Assembly: GCA_029288895.1 (NCBI GenBank)
Contig: JARIGK010000004.1
Span: forward strand, 77,621 to 141,620
Origin: Candidatus Adlerbacteria bacterium
GTDB taxonomy: Bacteria > Patescibacteriota > Minisyncoccia > Phycocordibacterales > SBAW01
Length of the DNA: 64,000 bases
Direction of reading: 5' to 3'
Shown here: piece after piece, positions 26,803 through 36,800 of the stretch
Layout of the letters: each line of letters starts with the position of its first letter
Position numbering within the stretch: the first letter of the stretch is position 1
Program-made: the position numbers and the translations under genes
The notes under the pieces: generated by a model
Databases searched by the model: none
What the model was told of the DNA's origin: nothing
What the model saw: the letters and a program-made list of their open reading frames with translations, nothing else

Positions 26803-27219
26803 ATGGCACGTATCTCACAGCTTGTCCGCAAAGGACGCACACAACTGAAAGCAAAATCAAAGTCACCGGCTCTTGGCCGCGGCTTTAACGTGCTTAAGAA
26901 CCGCCCCGTCTTCTACCCGTCGCCATTTAAGCGCGGCGTTTGCACCAAGGTCACTACAATGACTCCTCGCAAGCCTAACTCCGCTATCCGCAAAATCGCC
27001 CGCGTACGCTTGACCAACGGTCAGGAAATCACCGCATACATCCCAGGTGAAGGCCACAACCTCCAGGAGCACTCAGTCGTCGTCGTTCGCGCAGGCCGCG
27101 TGAAGGACATCAACGTCCGCTACCAGATCGTCCGCGGTCGCTTGGATGCAGGTGCAGTCGAGAAGCGCAACGTCTCTCGCTCGCGCTACGGTGTTAAACG
27201 CTCAGGTGGCAAAAAATAA
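26803..27219 (+). CDS. rpsL: 30S ribosomal protein S12
   Basis: '[48 protein letters not shown]' is near-identical to consensus uS12. Confidence 0.96.
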   Translation: MARISQLVRKGRTQLKAKSKSPALGRGFNVLKNRPVFYPSPFKRGVCTKVTTMTPRKPNSAIRKIARVRLTNGQEITAYIPGEGHNLQEHSVVVVRAGRVKDINVRYQIVRGRLDAGAVEKRNVSRSRYGVKRSGGKK

Positions 27220-27229
27220 ATAAGGAATA

Positions 27230-27706
27230 TTGTATATGCGTCGTCCAGTAAAAAATCGTAATATCGTCGGCCCGGACATGAAGTTCAACTCAACGAAGGT
27301 TGAGAAGTTCATCAACTCTGTTATGTGGGACGGCAAAAAGTCGACTGCCCGCAAGGTTGTCTACGATGCATTCGACATCATCCAGGAAAAGACCAAGGCA
27401 GAATCTCCATTGGAAGTATTTGAAACTGCGCTCCGCAACGTTGGCCCTGCAATGGAAATCCGTTCTCGCCGTGTCGGTGGTGCAAACTACCAGGTGCCGC
27501 GCGAAGTTCGCCCAGAGCGCAAGCAGGCTCTCGCGTACCGCTGGATCCTCCAGGCAGCACGCGCACGCAAAGGTATGCCGATGGCAAACCGCCTTGCAGA
27601 AGAAATCATTGCAGCATCGAACAACGAAGGTCCAGCAATCAAGAAGAAGGACGATACGCACAAGATGGCAGAGTCCAACAAAGCCTTCGCACACTTCGCT
27701 TGGTAA
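27230..27706 (+). CDS. rpsG: 30S ribosomal protein S7
   Basis: '[26 protein letters not shown]' and '[14 protein letters not shown]' uS7 signatures. Confidence 0.95.
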   Translation: MYMRRPVKNRNIVGPDMKFNSTKVEKFINSVMWDGKKSTARKVVYDAFDIIQEKTKAESPLEVFETALRNVGPAMEIRSRRVGGANYQVPREVRPERKQALAYRWILQAARARKGMPMANRLAEEIIAASNNEGPAIKKKDDTHKMAESNKAFAHFAW

Positions 27707-27754
27707 TTTTTTTCAAGTTGGAAACTTCCTACTGATGAGGTAGGTTACAAAGAG

Positions 27755-27790
27755 CGGCATATGCCGTTCTTTTGTTTTGTAATAGGGGAG
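27755..27790 (+). terminator. rho-independent terminator after rpsG (cggcatatgccg palindrome + ttcttttgttttg)
   Basis: Palindromic GC stem followed by a T-rich tract. Confidence 0.6.
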
Positions 27791-27797
27791 TAGCGTA

Positions 27798-27974
27798 ATG
27801 GACGAAAAGCAATCTCCTAAGCCGAGGAGGTCGGGATGGTCGTTCGACCCGCACTTTGGGCCTAAGGCTCCGATTGATTGCGACCACGTCGCAGGGTCGG
27901 ATATTTGCCCGCGCTGCGGAGCACAACTTCATGCAAAGCCACACACCCCAGAATCTCCGACGCCCGCCGCTTAG
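27798..27974 (+). CDS. small zinc-ribbon-like protein (58 aa, not in ORF track)
   Basis: AGGGGAG 8 nt upstream of ATG 27798. Translation 'MDEKQSPKPRRSGWSFDPHFGPKAPIDCDHVAGSDICPRCGAQLHAKPHTPESPTPAA' with a C-x-H...C-x2-C motif. A terminator follows immediately. Confidence 0.4.
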   Translation: MDEKQSPKPRRSGWSFDPHFGPKAPIDCDHVAGSDICPRCGAQLHAKPHTPESPTPAA

Positions 27975-27992
27975 GCGGGCTTTTCTTTTACC
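27961..27992. terminator. bidirectional terminator (gcccgccgc-tta-ggcgggc + TTTTCTTTT)
   Basis: Hairpin overlapping the stop of the small ORF. It also serves the convergent minus-strand gene that ends at 27988. Confidence 0.65.
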
Positions 27993-28671
27993 TAAATGTT
28001 GCTAGCTGCGCTTCCGCGAGAGGGATATCTTCGTGGCGATTGATAGGCAACCACGCATCTTGTTGCTCGACATGCACAGGGTTTTTTGCCGCCAAGGCAT
28101 TAACAAGATCTGGTAAAAGATATTCTTTCAATGTTTTTGATTCTTCCATTGTTTGCGCAAAAATCTGCTCGTCGAGCACCATCACTCCGGTTGATACTAA
28201 GTTACTTTCTGGCGCGGCGGGCTTTTCAGTGATGCGCGCGAGCGTTCCATCTTCTTTCATTGATATAACTCCGAAGCGTTCTGGATGGTCGCTTGGTGCC
28301 GCGAGTACCGCGTAGGTATGGGTTGCCATACGCGCAAGTGCCTCACTGCCGTGGATGTCGTCGCCCAGCATAACGAGAAACTTCCCAGACACGTACGGTT
28401 TGCACTGGGCAAGTGCGTGCGCCGTCCCTCGCGGTTCGTCTTGCATAACGTAGCGCACGGGGAGGTTGTAGAAGACGTCTCCGCAGTGCGCGCGAATTGC
28501 TTCATGGAGATGGGAAACGACAAGAATAAGTTCGTCGACCGAAGAGGGGAGGGCGCCCACGATATGGTCTAAAAGTGGTTTGCCGGCAACTTCGATGAGT
28601 GGTTTTGGGATGCGTTCTGTCAGAGGGAGCAACCGAGTGCCTTTGCCTGCGGCTAAGATGACGCATTTCAT
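27988..28671 (-). CDS. sugar-phosphate nucleotidyltransferase (NTP_transferase family)
   Basis: 'ILAAGKGTRLLPLTERIPKPL' is the G-x-G-T-R nucleotide-binding signature. 227 aa short form. Confidence 0.75.
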   Translation of the reverse strand: MKCVILAAGKGTRLLPLTERIPKPLIEVAGKPLLDHIVGALPSSVDELILVVSHLHEAIRAHCGDVFYNLPVRYVMQDEPRGTAHALAQCKPYVSGKFLVMLGDDIHGSEALARMATHTYAVLAAPSDHPERFGVISMKEDGTLARITEKPAAPESNLVSTGVMVLDEQIFAQTMEESKTLKEYLLPDLVNALAAKNPVHVEQQDAWLPINRHEDIPLAEAQLATFR

Positions 28672-28802
28672 AGGGTGTATCTGTATGAGAATAGCGGATT
28701 ATTGGCAAAAGTTACAGAAAATGTTCTTTTGCTTTTTTTGAGCGAGAGGAGTATTGTATGGGCAACGCGCTTTCGCGCTATTTTTAATCCTCATTATTGT
28801 AT

Positions 28803-30956
28803 ATGGCAGACACCAGAGACTATCCATTGGAGCGCGTGCGTAACTTCGGCATCATTGCGCACATCGACGCGGGCAAGACCACGACGTCGGAACGCATCCT
28901 CTACTACACCGGTTCACAGCACAAAATCGGCGAAGTGCACGAAGGCGAAACCACCACCGACTGGATGGAGCAGGAGCGCGAACGCGGCATCACTATTACC
29001 GCGGCGGCTATCACCTGCTTCTGGAGCAAATCAAACGAGCCAGACAAGAAAGACCCTGCTAAGAAGACCCGCTTCAACATCATCGACACTCCAGGCCACA
29101 TCGACTTTACCGTCGAAGTGAAGCGCTCAATGCGCGTCTTGGACGGCGCAGTCTGTGTCTTCGACGGCGTTGCAGGCGTCGAACCTCAGTCTGAAACAAA
29201 CTGGCGCTACGCCGACGAGGCAAACGTGCCGCGCATCTGCTTCATCAACAAGCTCGACCGCATGGGCGCGTCGTTCGAAAAGTCGTACCAGTCAATTCTT
29301 GACCGCCTTTCTCCAAAAGCAGTCCGCATGCAGTTGCCGATTGGTGCAGAAGAAGCGCTCGAAGGCGTCGTCGACCTCCTGTCGATGAAGGCATACAAGA
29401 ACGAAGGTGCGATGGGCGACGAAATCGTCGAAATGCCATTCCCTGAAGCGATGCGCGCAGAAGCTGAAAAGTACCGCGGCCAGCTTATCGAAAAGATTGT
29501 CGAAAACGACGAGGCGCTTATGACCTCATACCTTGATGGCCAAGAGCCCTCGATGGAACAGTTGAAAGCAACGCTTCGCAAAGCAGTTATCGCAAACCAG
29601 ATCTTCCCGGTATACACCGGCTCGGCACTCAAAAACAAAGGCGTGCAGCACGTGCTCGACGCAGTCGTCGACTACTTGCCATCTCCGCTCGACATGCCGG
29701 CGGTGAAGGGTACCGACCCACGCACGGGTGATGAAATCGAACGCCATGCATCGGACTCGGAGCCGTTCTGCGCGCTCGCATTCAAACTCCAAGCAGACCC
29801 ATTCGTCGGCCAGCTTACCTTCTTCCGCGTGTACTCGGGTTCGATCGAAGCAGGCTCATACATTTACAACGCAACAACAGGCCAGAAAGAACGCCTCGGC
29901 CGCATCGTGCGCTTGCAGGCAAACCAGCGCGAAGAAGTAAAGAAAGTCTACGCCGGCGAAATCGCTGCAGCCGTAGGTCTCAAAGACACGAAGACCTCGC
30001 ACACGCTCTGCGATGAAGCAAATCCAATCGTTTTGGAGCAGATCAAATTCCCAGAACCAGTTATCTCGCTCCGCATCGAGCCGAAGACCAAAGCAGACCA
30101 GGAGAAGATGGGTATCGCACTCAAGAAACTTTCTGACGAAGACCCAACCTTCCGCGTGACCTCTGACCCAGAAACTGCCGAGACACTTATCTCAGGCATG
30201 GGCGAACTCCATTTGGAAATCTTGGTTGACCGCATGAAGCGCGAGTTCAACGTCGAAGCAAACGTCGGTACGCCGCAGGTTGCCTACCGCGAAACGATCC
30301 TCCAGGAGGCAGAAGCAGAAGGTAAGTACATCAAGCAGACGGGCGGTAAGGGCCAGTACGGCCACGTGCGCCTGCGCTTGAAGCCGCTGCAGCCGCTCGA
30401 AGAAGGCGCAAAGATTCCGAAGAACGTAACGCGCGAAGAGCACTTCGAATTCATCAACAGCATCAAGGGCGGTGTCGTCCCGCAAGAATTTATTGCCCCG
30501 GTTGAAAAGGGCATCCGCGAAGCAATGGAACGTGGCTTTGTTGCAGGCTTCAAGATGGTTGATATTTCGGCCGAGCTCTACGACGGTTCGTACCACGATG
30601 TCGACTCCTCAGAAATCGCCTTCAAGATTGCAGCATCGATGGGCTTCCAGGAAGCTGCACAAAAAGCGCGCGCCGTGTTGCTCGAGCCGATCATGAAAGT
30701 GGAAGTTGTCGTCCCAGAAAAGTTCATGGGTGACGTCACTGGCTCGCTTTCAGGTAAGCGCGGTGCAATCGAAGGCATGGAAGAACGCGGTTTGGCCCGC
30801 GCCGTTAAGGCAAAAGTACCGCTGTCTGAAATGTTCGGCTACACCACACAGCTCCGCTCGATGACCGAAGGCCGCGGTTCGTTCACTATGGAATTCGACC
30901 ACTATGAAGTCGTTCCTCCGAACGTCGCAGCTGATATCATCGCAAAGCGCAAATAA
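28803..30956 (+). CDS. fusA: elongation factor G
   Basis: '[24 protein letters not shown]' G1 motif, 'DTPGHIDF' and 'NKLDR'. Five-domain length. ATG 28803 is preferred over the upstream TTG. Confidence 0.96.
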   Translation: MADTRDYPLERVRNFGIIAHIDAGKTTTSERILYYTGSQHKIGEVHEGETTTDWMEQERERGITITAAAITCFWSKSNEPDKKDPAKKTRFNIIDTPGHIDFTVEVKRSMRVLDGAVCVFDGVAGVEPQSETNWRYADEANVPRICFINKLDRMGASFEKSYQSILDRLSPKAVRMQLPIGAEEALEGVVDLLSMKAYKNEGAMGDEIVEMPFPEAMRAEAEKYRGQLIEKIVENDEALMTSYLDGQEPSMEQLKATLRKAVIANQIFPVYTGSALKNKGVQHVLDAVVDYLPSPLDMPAVKGTDPRTGDEIERHASDSEPFCALAFKLQADPFVGQLTFFRVYSGSIEAGSYIYNATTGQKERLGRIVRLQANQREEVKKVYAGEIAAAVGLKDTKTSHTLCDEANPIVLEQIKFPEPVISLRIEPKTKADQEKMGIALKKLSDEDPTFRVTSDPETAETLISGMGELHLEILVDRMKREFNVEANVGTPQVAYRETILQEAEAEGKYIKQTGGKGQYGHVRLRLKPLQPLEEGAKIPKNVTREEHFEFINSIKGGVVPQEFIAPVEKGIREAMERGFVAGFKMVDISAELYDGSYHDVDSSEIAFKIAASMGFQEAAQKARAVLLEPIMKVEVVVPEKFMGDVTGSLSGKRGAIEGMEERGLARAVKAKVPLSEMFGYTTQLRSMTEGRGSFTMEFDHYEVVPPNVAADIIAKRK

Positions 30957-30998
30957 TCTCCTCCGTAAGAACAGCATGGGCGCCGCGTCTTCAGATAT

Positions 30999-32006
30999 AT
31001 GAAGAAATTAACCGCGGCGCTTTTTGCTTTATTGGTATTGATATCTGCATCTCCCGTATCGGCAAATAGTTACATTGCTCCAACCTCGTGTCCGCAATTT
31101 TCTGTAAATCTCTACATGGGTGCGCGTGATGCGGCCATGGGTGGGCAGGTGAGCCAACTCCAGCAATTTCTCAATCAGCGTTATGGCAACCAGCTTGTCA
31201 CCGGCTACTTTGGTGTGATGACCGCGGCGAATGTATCGCGCTTGCAGCAAGAGCTCGGTATTGCTCGCGTGGGCGGCGTGGGCCCTCTGACGCGCGCAGC
31301 AATCGCAAAACTTTGCAGCACAAGCGGTACGCCCACGCCGACAGCAGGCAGCCTCTCTGCGTACCCATCGTCGGGCACGGCACCTTTGGCTGTGAACTTT
31401 ACCGCGACTGTACCGGACACGAACCAATACATCATCGACTTTGGTGATGGTGCGAACAGCGGCCCTATTGGTGCAGGCGTCGTGGCACACACATACCAAA
31501 ACCCTGGCACGTACACCGCGAACCTCTCGCGCTATATCTCGTGCCTCTACGCGACACCAGTGCACTGCATGATCGCCGTGATGCCGATTGCGTCAGCGAC
31601 GGTCACTGTTGCGGCACCTCAAACACAAACAAATACGCTCCAAGTCACAAGCCCTGCGGCGGGGCAGATATATACACGCGGCAGCCAGATGAACATCAGC
31701 TGGAGCGGCCTCGTGCGCGAAACATTTGCCTACGAGCCACATGCAAGCATTGTCGACCTCTACACGGCAGCAGGTACTAAAGTGGGTACCATCGCAATCA
31801 CGAATGATTTGAAAGGTAGCTATGACTGGCATATCCCTGGCTTTCCGCAAACTATGATGTGCACGATGCAATATCCAAATGCACTCTGCGGCACCAATGT
31901 GCAGGGCCAGTACTACATCCAAGTCACCGCGGTTGTGGGCAATGGCTTTGGCACAAACGAAACAGTCATTGGTACAGCGCAAAGCGGCGTCTTCGGAGTT
32001 CAATAA
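30999..32006 (+). CDS. secreted protein: signal peptide + peptidoglycan-binding (PG_binding_1) + PKD domain
   Basis: Signal peptide 'MKKLTAALFALLVLISASPVSA'. 'QLQQFLNQRYGNQLVTGYFGVMTAANVSRLQQELGIARVGGVGPLTRAAI' is PGBD-like. 'PLAVNFTATV...IIDFGDG...HTYQNPGTYTANLS' is a PKD domain. Confidence 0.65.
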   Translation: MKKLTAALFALLVLISASPVSANSYIAPTSCPQFSVNLYMGARDAAMGGQVSQLQQFLNQRYGNQLVTGYFGVMTAANVSRLQQELGIARVGGVGPLTRAAIAKLCSTSGTPTPTAGSLSAYPSSGTAPLAVNFTATVPDTNQYIIDFGDGANSGPIGAGVVAHTYQNPGTYTANLSRYISCLYATPVHCMIAVMPIASATVTVAAPQTQTNTLQVTSPAAGQIYTRGSQMNISWSGLVRETFAYEPHASIVDLYTAAGTKVGTIAITNDLKGSYDWHIPGFPQTMMCTMQYPNALCGTNVQGQYYIQVTAVVGNGFGTNETVIGTAQSGVFGVQ

Positions 32007-32065
32007 ACAAAAAAGATATCCCCACACACCGCTTGTCGGAAGCGGGGAAGAGAATACACTAGTAA

Positions 32066-32112
32066 GTAACAGGGCATCCCGGAAACGGGAGGCCCTTTCT
32101 CTTTTATTTTTG
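32066..32112 (+). terminator. rho-independent terminator (gggcatcccg-gaaa-cgggaggccc + tttctcttttatttttg)
   Basis: Strong GC hairpin followed by a long T-rich tract. Confidence 0.7.
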
Positions 32113-32125
32113 TAACTTTCTATCG

Positions 32126-34120
32126 ATGGAAAAATTCGCACGTGCACTCGAACTCGCAACCGCCTACTTCGCAGTAGGCGTGTTGATGGTGCTGGTCGCA
32201 GGCACCGCCGTGCCGCCTTCAGGCGCGCCGTTTGCTGCAGCCGCAGTGGCGGGATGTACGCCTCCATCATTTTCGAACCTCACTATCACCGCAGCCAATT
32301 TGTATACGCCCTGGAGTGTGCCGCTCTTGTCGGCCATCAATGATGCGTCGTTCCCAACTGTAAGTGCCACGGGTTTGCCGCCGGGTATTACACTCAAAGA
32401 CCAGACCACCACGCTCACCACAGGCGCTGGCTCCGTGCTCCACACCTGGGTCTTGGATGGTGCGCCGACGCAGCTTGGCACCTACACCATCACGGTAACT
32501 GCGCAGAATAGCTGCGGTGGTGCGTCGACCGTTATCACACTTCCGATCAATAACACCCAGACTGCCGCGGGGACTGTCTCGTGCCCGGCGGGGTACGCGG
32601 GCGCATACCCCAACTGTGTTTCAAGCTCGGGCCCGAGTGTATCGTTTGACCAAGCATCGCTTGTGGCAACAAGTTCGACAGCGATAATTACCGGCACGTC
32701 GCGCACGTCGTCGGTAAAATTGACCGTCCAAACTCCGAACGGCATTACCTACAGTAGCGAAACTGCACCTGTCGGCGGTGGGCGCTGGACAATCGTGCTC
32801 AAAAATTTAACGAGTGGCCTCTATTCGCTCTATTTGTACGACGGCAATAATTCGCCATTGTTGCCGGGCAGCTTAACCGTTACGTTGCCCGGTGATACCA
32901 AGCCTGCGCAGAACTTTTCCAGCGGTTCTAGCGAACCGGGACAAAGTTTTACTCCGGCATCAGCGAAGGCGTCTGCGCAGGCAACAAGGACTTCAACGTT
33001 TTCATGCAGCAATATTCCTACAACGCTCAAAATAGGGAGCCGCGGAAGCACGGTGCTTGCACTGCAAAAATCACTTATCTCAATAGGCGCATTGCCGTCT
33101 GATTCAGCAACCGGCTATTTTGGCCAAGCGACAAATTCGGCGGTCGCACGCCTGTGTCCATCAATTTCGGCAACAACCGTGCAGACGACAACAAGTTTGC
33201 CGGCATGCCCGAAAGTCGCCGTACCGCCGTGCCAGCATGGGACGCTTGTATCGCTTGGGGCCGACCAAAACCACTGCACGCTTGGTTATATGTGCCAGCA
33301 ACAGCCGGGCTCGAACTGCCCATCGGTGACCGCACCTCTGTGTTCGGGCGGGACAATAGTTTCAAGTGGCACAGACATAAATGGCTGCTCGACCGGCTAT
33401 TCGTGCCAGAAAGTGTCATGCCCCACTGTGCCGCAGCCAACCTGCGCACCAGGCCTGCGGCTTGTAACAGGCCCTGATGCAAACGGATGCGCAACCGTGT
33501 CCTACTGTATTGATGGCAACGGAAATACAACAAGCGTCACAGGCGCCTCGTCTGCCACAACAAATAATTCAACCAGCATCTTTAGTAATTTCTTTGGCGG
33601 TTTGGGCTCTATAGGTTCGTCATTTAGCAGTTACTACAGTTCAATTTTTGGTACCCAACCGACAGCAGGTGTCACCACATCGGCGGCAGGGAGTGCTGCT
33701 GCTGCAAGTAATGCGTCGCAGGCGTACACGACGCTTTCTTCGAAATATACCAACGCAACACTTACCAAGTGCACCGCTACCGATGGTAGCGTGAGTTATA
33801 CCGCAAAAGGGTTTAACAACGACGGCACAAGCTATGAAATCCAAACCTACCCCGTTGGAGTAACGCCAAGCGGCGCGTGTCAGATAACGCAATACACTGG
33901 CCCTGCAGCACTGCGTGGCAGTAATAGCATTGGAGGAACAGTGACAAGCCCAAGTAGTGGCGTGGGTGCAAGTAGCTATGGCGGCGCTGATGGAAGTACT
34001 GGCGGCACTGCCGGGGCAGACGCTTCATCCGGCAACGCAAGCGCAGCAGATGCATCAGCCGCTGCAAACGGCGACTCGAGCGGCGATGGCACAGGCGGCG
34101 GAACAGGAGGTACCTATTAG
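32126..34120 (+). CDS. large secreted/wall-associated protein with internal PG_binding_1 domain, three ~31-aa Cys-repeats and Gly/Ser/Ala-rich tail
   Basis: N-terminal hydrophobic anchor. 'STVLALQKSLISIGALPSDSATGYFGQATNSAVARL' is PGBD-like. The repeat C-P-x-V-x3-C-x2-G-x-V/L-x3-G-x-D-x-N-x-C-x2-G-Y-x-C-Q occurs three times. C-terminal 120 aa are G/S/A/D-rich. Confidence 0.6.
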   Translation: MEKFARALELATAYFAVGVLMVLVAGTAVPPSGAPFAAAAVAGCTPPSFSNLTITAANLYTPWSVPLLSAINDASFPTVSATGLPPGITLKDQTTTLTTGAGSVLHTWVLDGAPTQLGTYTITVTAQNSCGGASTVITLPINNTQTAAGTVSCPAGYAGAYPNCVSSSGPSVSFDQASLVATSSTAIITGTSRTSSVKLTVQTPNGITYSSETAPVGGGRWTIVLKNLTSGLYSLYLYDGNNSPLLPGSLTVTLPGDTKPAQNFSSGSSEPGQSFTPASAKASAQATRTSTFSCSNIPTTLKIGSRGSTVLALQKSLISIGALPSDSATGYFGQATNSAVARLCPSISATTVQTTTSLPACPKVAVPPCQHGTLVSLGADQNHCTLGYMCQQQPGSNCPSVTAPLCSGGTIVSSGTDINGCSTGYSCQKVSCPTVPQPTCAPGLRLVTGPDANGCATVSYCIDGNGNTTSVTGASSATTNNSTSIFSNFFGGLGSIGSSFSSYYSSIFGTQPTAGVTTSAAGSAAAASNASQAYTTLSSKYTNATLTKCTATDGSVSYTAKGFNNDGTSYEIQTYPVGVTPSGACQITQYTGPAALRGSNSIGGTVTSPSSGVGASSYGGADGSTGGTAGADASSGNASAADASAAANGDSSGDGTGGGTGGTY

Positions 34121-34237
34121 GTCTCTCTTGCGGCTAGGGTAGCGCTTTGCTACTATGTCCCTAACACTGCATCAGCCGTGTTTGGCGTGCTTTATATTGT
34201 TCGGAATTATTCATTATAAATAATAGTAATTTTAGGT

Positions 34238-35431
34238 ATGGCAACATTTGAACGTGCAAAGCCGCACATGAACGTCGGCACCATCGGCCACGTCGACCAC
34301 GGAAAGACGACCTTGACGGCGTCTATCCTCCACACCCTCGACATGCTGAAAGCAGAGGGCTACAGCGCCCGCGTCGAAGGCGTTGACGGTATCGACAACG
34401 CGCCGGAAGAAAAGGCTCGCGGTATCACCATCGCGCTCCACCACTCGGAATACGAGTCGCCGAAGCGCCACTACGCGCACATCGACGCTCCGGGCCACGC
34501 AGACTACATCAAGAACATGATCACCGGCGCAGCCCAGATGGACGGCGCAGTGCTCGTGGTTGCAGCAACTGACGGCGTTATGCCTCAGACTCGCGAACAC
34601 ATCCTCCTCGCAAAGCAGGTTGGTGTGCCGAAGATCATCTGCTTCCTCAACAAGTGCGACATGGTTGACGACAAGGATCTTATCGACCTCGTCGAAGAAG
34701 AAGTAAAGGAAGCTCTTGCAAAGCAGGGCTACGCTGATGCTCCGGTTATCCGCGGCTCAGGCCTCAAGGCTCTCGAGAGCACTGACATCAACAATGAGTG
34801 GTCACAGAAGGTCAAAGACCTCATCGACACCATGGACAGCTACTATCCGGACCCAGTCCGCGAAACTGATAAGCCGTTCCTCATGCCTATCGAAGACATC
34901 TTCTCGATCGAAGGCCGCGGTACCGTGGTTACGGGCCGTATCGAACGCGGTGTAGTTAAGGTTGGTGAAGAAGTCGAAATCGTCGGCTTGGAAGCTACAA
35001 CTAAGACCACCATCACTGGTATCGAAATGTTCAACAAGCAGTTGGACACTGGTATGGCAGGCGACAACGCGGGCATCTTGCTCCGCGGTACAAAGAAGGA
35101 AGACATCCACCGCGGCCAGGTTTTGGCTAAGGCTGGCTCTGTGACTCCTCACACTGAGTTCGAAGGCGAGGTATACATCTTGACCAAGGACGAAGGTGGC
35201 CGCCACACGCCGTTCTTCTCTGGCTACAAGCCACAGTTCTATATCCGCACCACTGACGTTACGGGCGAAGTGACGCTTGCTGCAGGTACTGAAATGGTTA
35301 TGCCGGGCGACACCGTCACCTTTAAGGTGAAGTTGGTAGCGCCGGTTGCGCTTGAAGAGAAGACTCGTTTCGCAGTCCGCGAAGGCGGTAAGACCGTCGG
35401 CGCAGGCGTCGTTACGAAGATTGTTGCGTAA
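34238..35431 (+). CDS. tuf: elongation factor Tu
   Basis: '[12 protein letters not shown]', 'DAPGHADY' and 'NKCD' G-motifs. 397 aa. Confidence 0.97.
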   Translation: MATFERAKPHMNVGTIGHVDHGKTTLTASILHTLDMLKAEGYSARVEGVDGIDNAPEEKARGITIALHHSEYESPKRHYAHIDAPGHADYIKNMITGAAQMDGAVLVVAATDGVMPQTREHILLAKQVGVPKIICFLNKCDMVDDKDLIDLVEEEVKEALAKQGYADAPVIRGSGLKALESTDINNEWSQKVKDLIDTMDSYYPDPVRETDKPFLMPIEDIFSIEGRGTVVTGRIERGVVKVGEEVEIVGLEATTKTTITGIEMFNKQLDTGMAGDNAGILLRGTKKEDIHRGQVLAKAGSVTPHTEFEGEVYILTKDEGGRHTPFFSGYKPQFYIRTTDVTGEVTLAAGTEMVMPGDTVTFKVKLVAPVALEEKTRFAVREGGKTVGAGVVTKIVA

Positions 35432-35451
35432 GTAACTCTCACACTTGAAAA

Positions 35452-35490
35452 AGAAAGGCCCCGCAGAAATGCGGGGTTTTTCGTTCTTAT
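35452..35490. terminator. bidirectional terminator (aaaggccccgca-gaaa-tgcggggttttt)
   Basis: GC hairpin flanked by A- and T-runs after tuf. Confidence 0.75.
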
Positions 35491-35708
35491 ACGCAGCCCA
35501 TGGCTTTAGGAACTCGGGGCGTAAAGTCTCTGGGCTTGTGACTACGTGAGAGCCTAAGGCTCAAAACATCATAGGCGCTCAGGTTGTAGTCCTTCGCGTG
35601 CTGCCAGGCGAGCCTCTGGTCGCCCTTGTCTCGGGCTTCCTTGGCTAGCCTCATCCCATCCTGGTGTTGCTTCACGATTGCGAACTGCTTCTCAGCATTG
35701 ATATACAT
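35487..35708 (-). CDS. hypothetical small basic protein (74 aa)
   Basis: Start at Met 35708 (MYINAEKQF...) with GAGGAGG 5 nt upstream on the minus strand. The track's longer form (35747) lacks an RBS. Confidence 0.4.
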   Translation of the reverse strand: MYINAEKQFAIVKQHQDGMRLAKEARDKGDQRLAWQHAKDYNLSAYDVLSLRLSRSHKPRDFTPRVPKAMGCV

Positions 35709-35765
35709 CGCCGCCTCCTCTAATTTCCTCTGTCGCCATCCTAACACGAGAGATTTAATTTAGCG

Positions 35766-35794
35766 TTGCAATTAAGGCAGCAATGAGGCATACT
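35766..35794 (+). promoter_or_regulatory. sigma70-type promoter TTGCAA-N17-CATACT upstream of rpsJ
   Basis: TTGCAA 35766-71, CATACT 35789-94. Leader ~75 nt to ATG 35873. Confidence 0.5.
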
Positions 35795-35872
35795 CACAGA
35801 CGGTTAGATTTATTAGGAGTTAGCTAAAAGGTACTAGGTTACTTCGAAAGAAGAGAACTAGATCCAAACAAC

Positions 35873-36241
35873 ATGGCAACCGAAGAAACAAAGAAAGCTC
35901 CGGCAAAGCGCACCAAGAAGGCAGAGCCTGCATCGGCGCAGAAGCTCCGCATCAAGGTCCGCGCCTACGAGCACAAAGTTCTTGATCAGTCTGTGCGCCA
36001 GATTATGGACACCGCGCTTCGCTACGATGCGAAGATTGCAGGCCCGATCCCGCTGCCAACTGAAATCAAGAAGTACACGGTCAACCGCTCAACCTTCATC
36101 TACAAGGATGCGCGCGAGCAGTTCGAGATGCGCATTCATAAGCGTGTCATCGACATCCTCGAGCCTAATGCCAAGGTGATCGAAGCATTGACCAACCTCT
36201 CGCTGCCTTCGGGCGTGACGATCGAGGTCAAAATGATCTAA
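35873..36241 (+). CDS. rpsJ: 30S ribosomal protein S10 (with ~20-aa basic N-terminal extension)
   Basis: 'KLRIKVRAYEHKVLDQSVRQIMDTALRYDAKIAGPIPLPT' uS10 core. Confidence 0.92.
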   Translation: MATEETKKAPAKRTKKAEPASAQKLRIKVRAYEHKVLDQSVRQIMDTALRYDAKIAGPIPLPTEIKKYTVNRSTFIYKDAREQFEMRIHKRVIDILEPNAKVIEALTNLSLPSGVTIEVKMI

Positions 36242-36267
36242 ACGACACAATCAAGTCGAAAAACAAA

Positions 36268-36296
36268 GAACCTTCCAGCAATGGGAGGTTTTTTGT
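36268..36296 (+). terminator. terminator/attenuator hairpin after rpsJ (ccttcc-agcaat-gggagg + TTTTTTGTTTG)
   Basis: 6-bp stem with one G-U pair followed by a T6 run. Unexpected inside the S10 operon. Confidence 0.5.
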
Positions 36297-36313
36297 TTGT
36301 AGCAGGGATGTAC

Positions 36314-36342
36314 TTGCTATTTTCATGAAACTATGCTATATT
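36314..36342 (+). promoter_or_regulatory. strong sigma70-type promoter TTGCTA-N17-TATATT
   Basis: TTGCTA 36314-19, TATATT 36337-42. It would drive a ~450-nt untranslated leader before rplC. Confidence 0.55.
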
Positions 36343-36348
36343 GATGAG

Positions 36349-36790
36349 GTTCGGGTGGCCCCACCGCCCGGATTTCTACCCTCACTGGGCGGCAGGTATT
36401 CTGCTGTGTTGCTCCCCACATCCCCCGGAAGCAACCCTCGAGTAGGATGCTGTCGTCCAGTGAGACCTCGTTTCGGTCTTTTTGAAATTTATTTCTACTG
36501 CAGTCTGGGAGACGCAGAGGAGGAGCTCGTCGAAGCAAGGTGGCCAGGAAACTGTCCTCTGGGCAAGTCGATAGGATTCTTTGGTACCTTGCTTTGGCGG
36601 GTTTCCCTTCTCTCAAACTACACAGTTCTTTGTTTGTTCGAGCCCTCGCCATTTGGTGAGGGTTTCTGCTTTTTGGGCTCCATACATTGGACCACCCTAT
36701 GTATTTGCATAATTTATACACCTCGTGTATAGTCTCGTGGACTCTTACATAGAGTTGATCCACGTCCCGGGCGCCAAGCCCAGAGGGACC
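36349..36790 (+). other. ~440-nt GC-rich structured untranslated region between rpsJ and rplC (candidate leader/ncRNA)
   Basis: No convincing ORF: both overlapping track ORFs are Pro/Gly/Cys-rich and run into rplC. Multiple nested GC hairpins, e.g. ccgccc...gggcgg and gagccc...gggctc (36651-36691). Confidence 0.25.
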
Positions 36791-36800
36791 ACTAGACAAC

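Noticed and set aside
36345-36790. Possibility that the rpsJ-rplC gap encodes tmRNA, RNase P RNA or SRP RNA
   Set aside because: I could not find the tmRNA tRNA-like end (GGTTCRANTCC…ACCA), the RNase P P4 GGAAAGUCCGG / ACAGAANCCGGCUUA motifs, or the SRP domain IV AGGUCCGGAAGGAAGCAGC motif on either strand. The region is left as an unclassified structured region.
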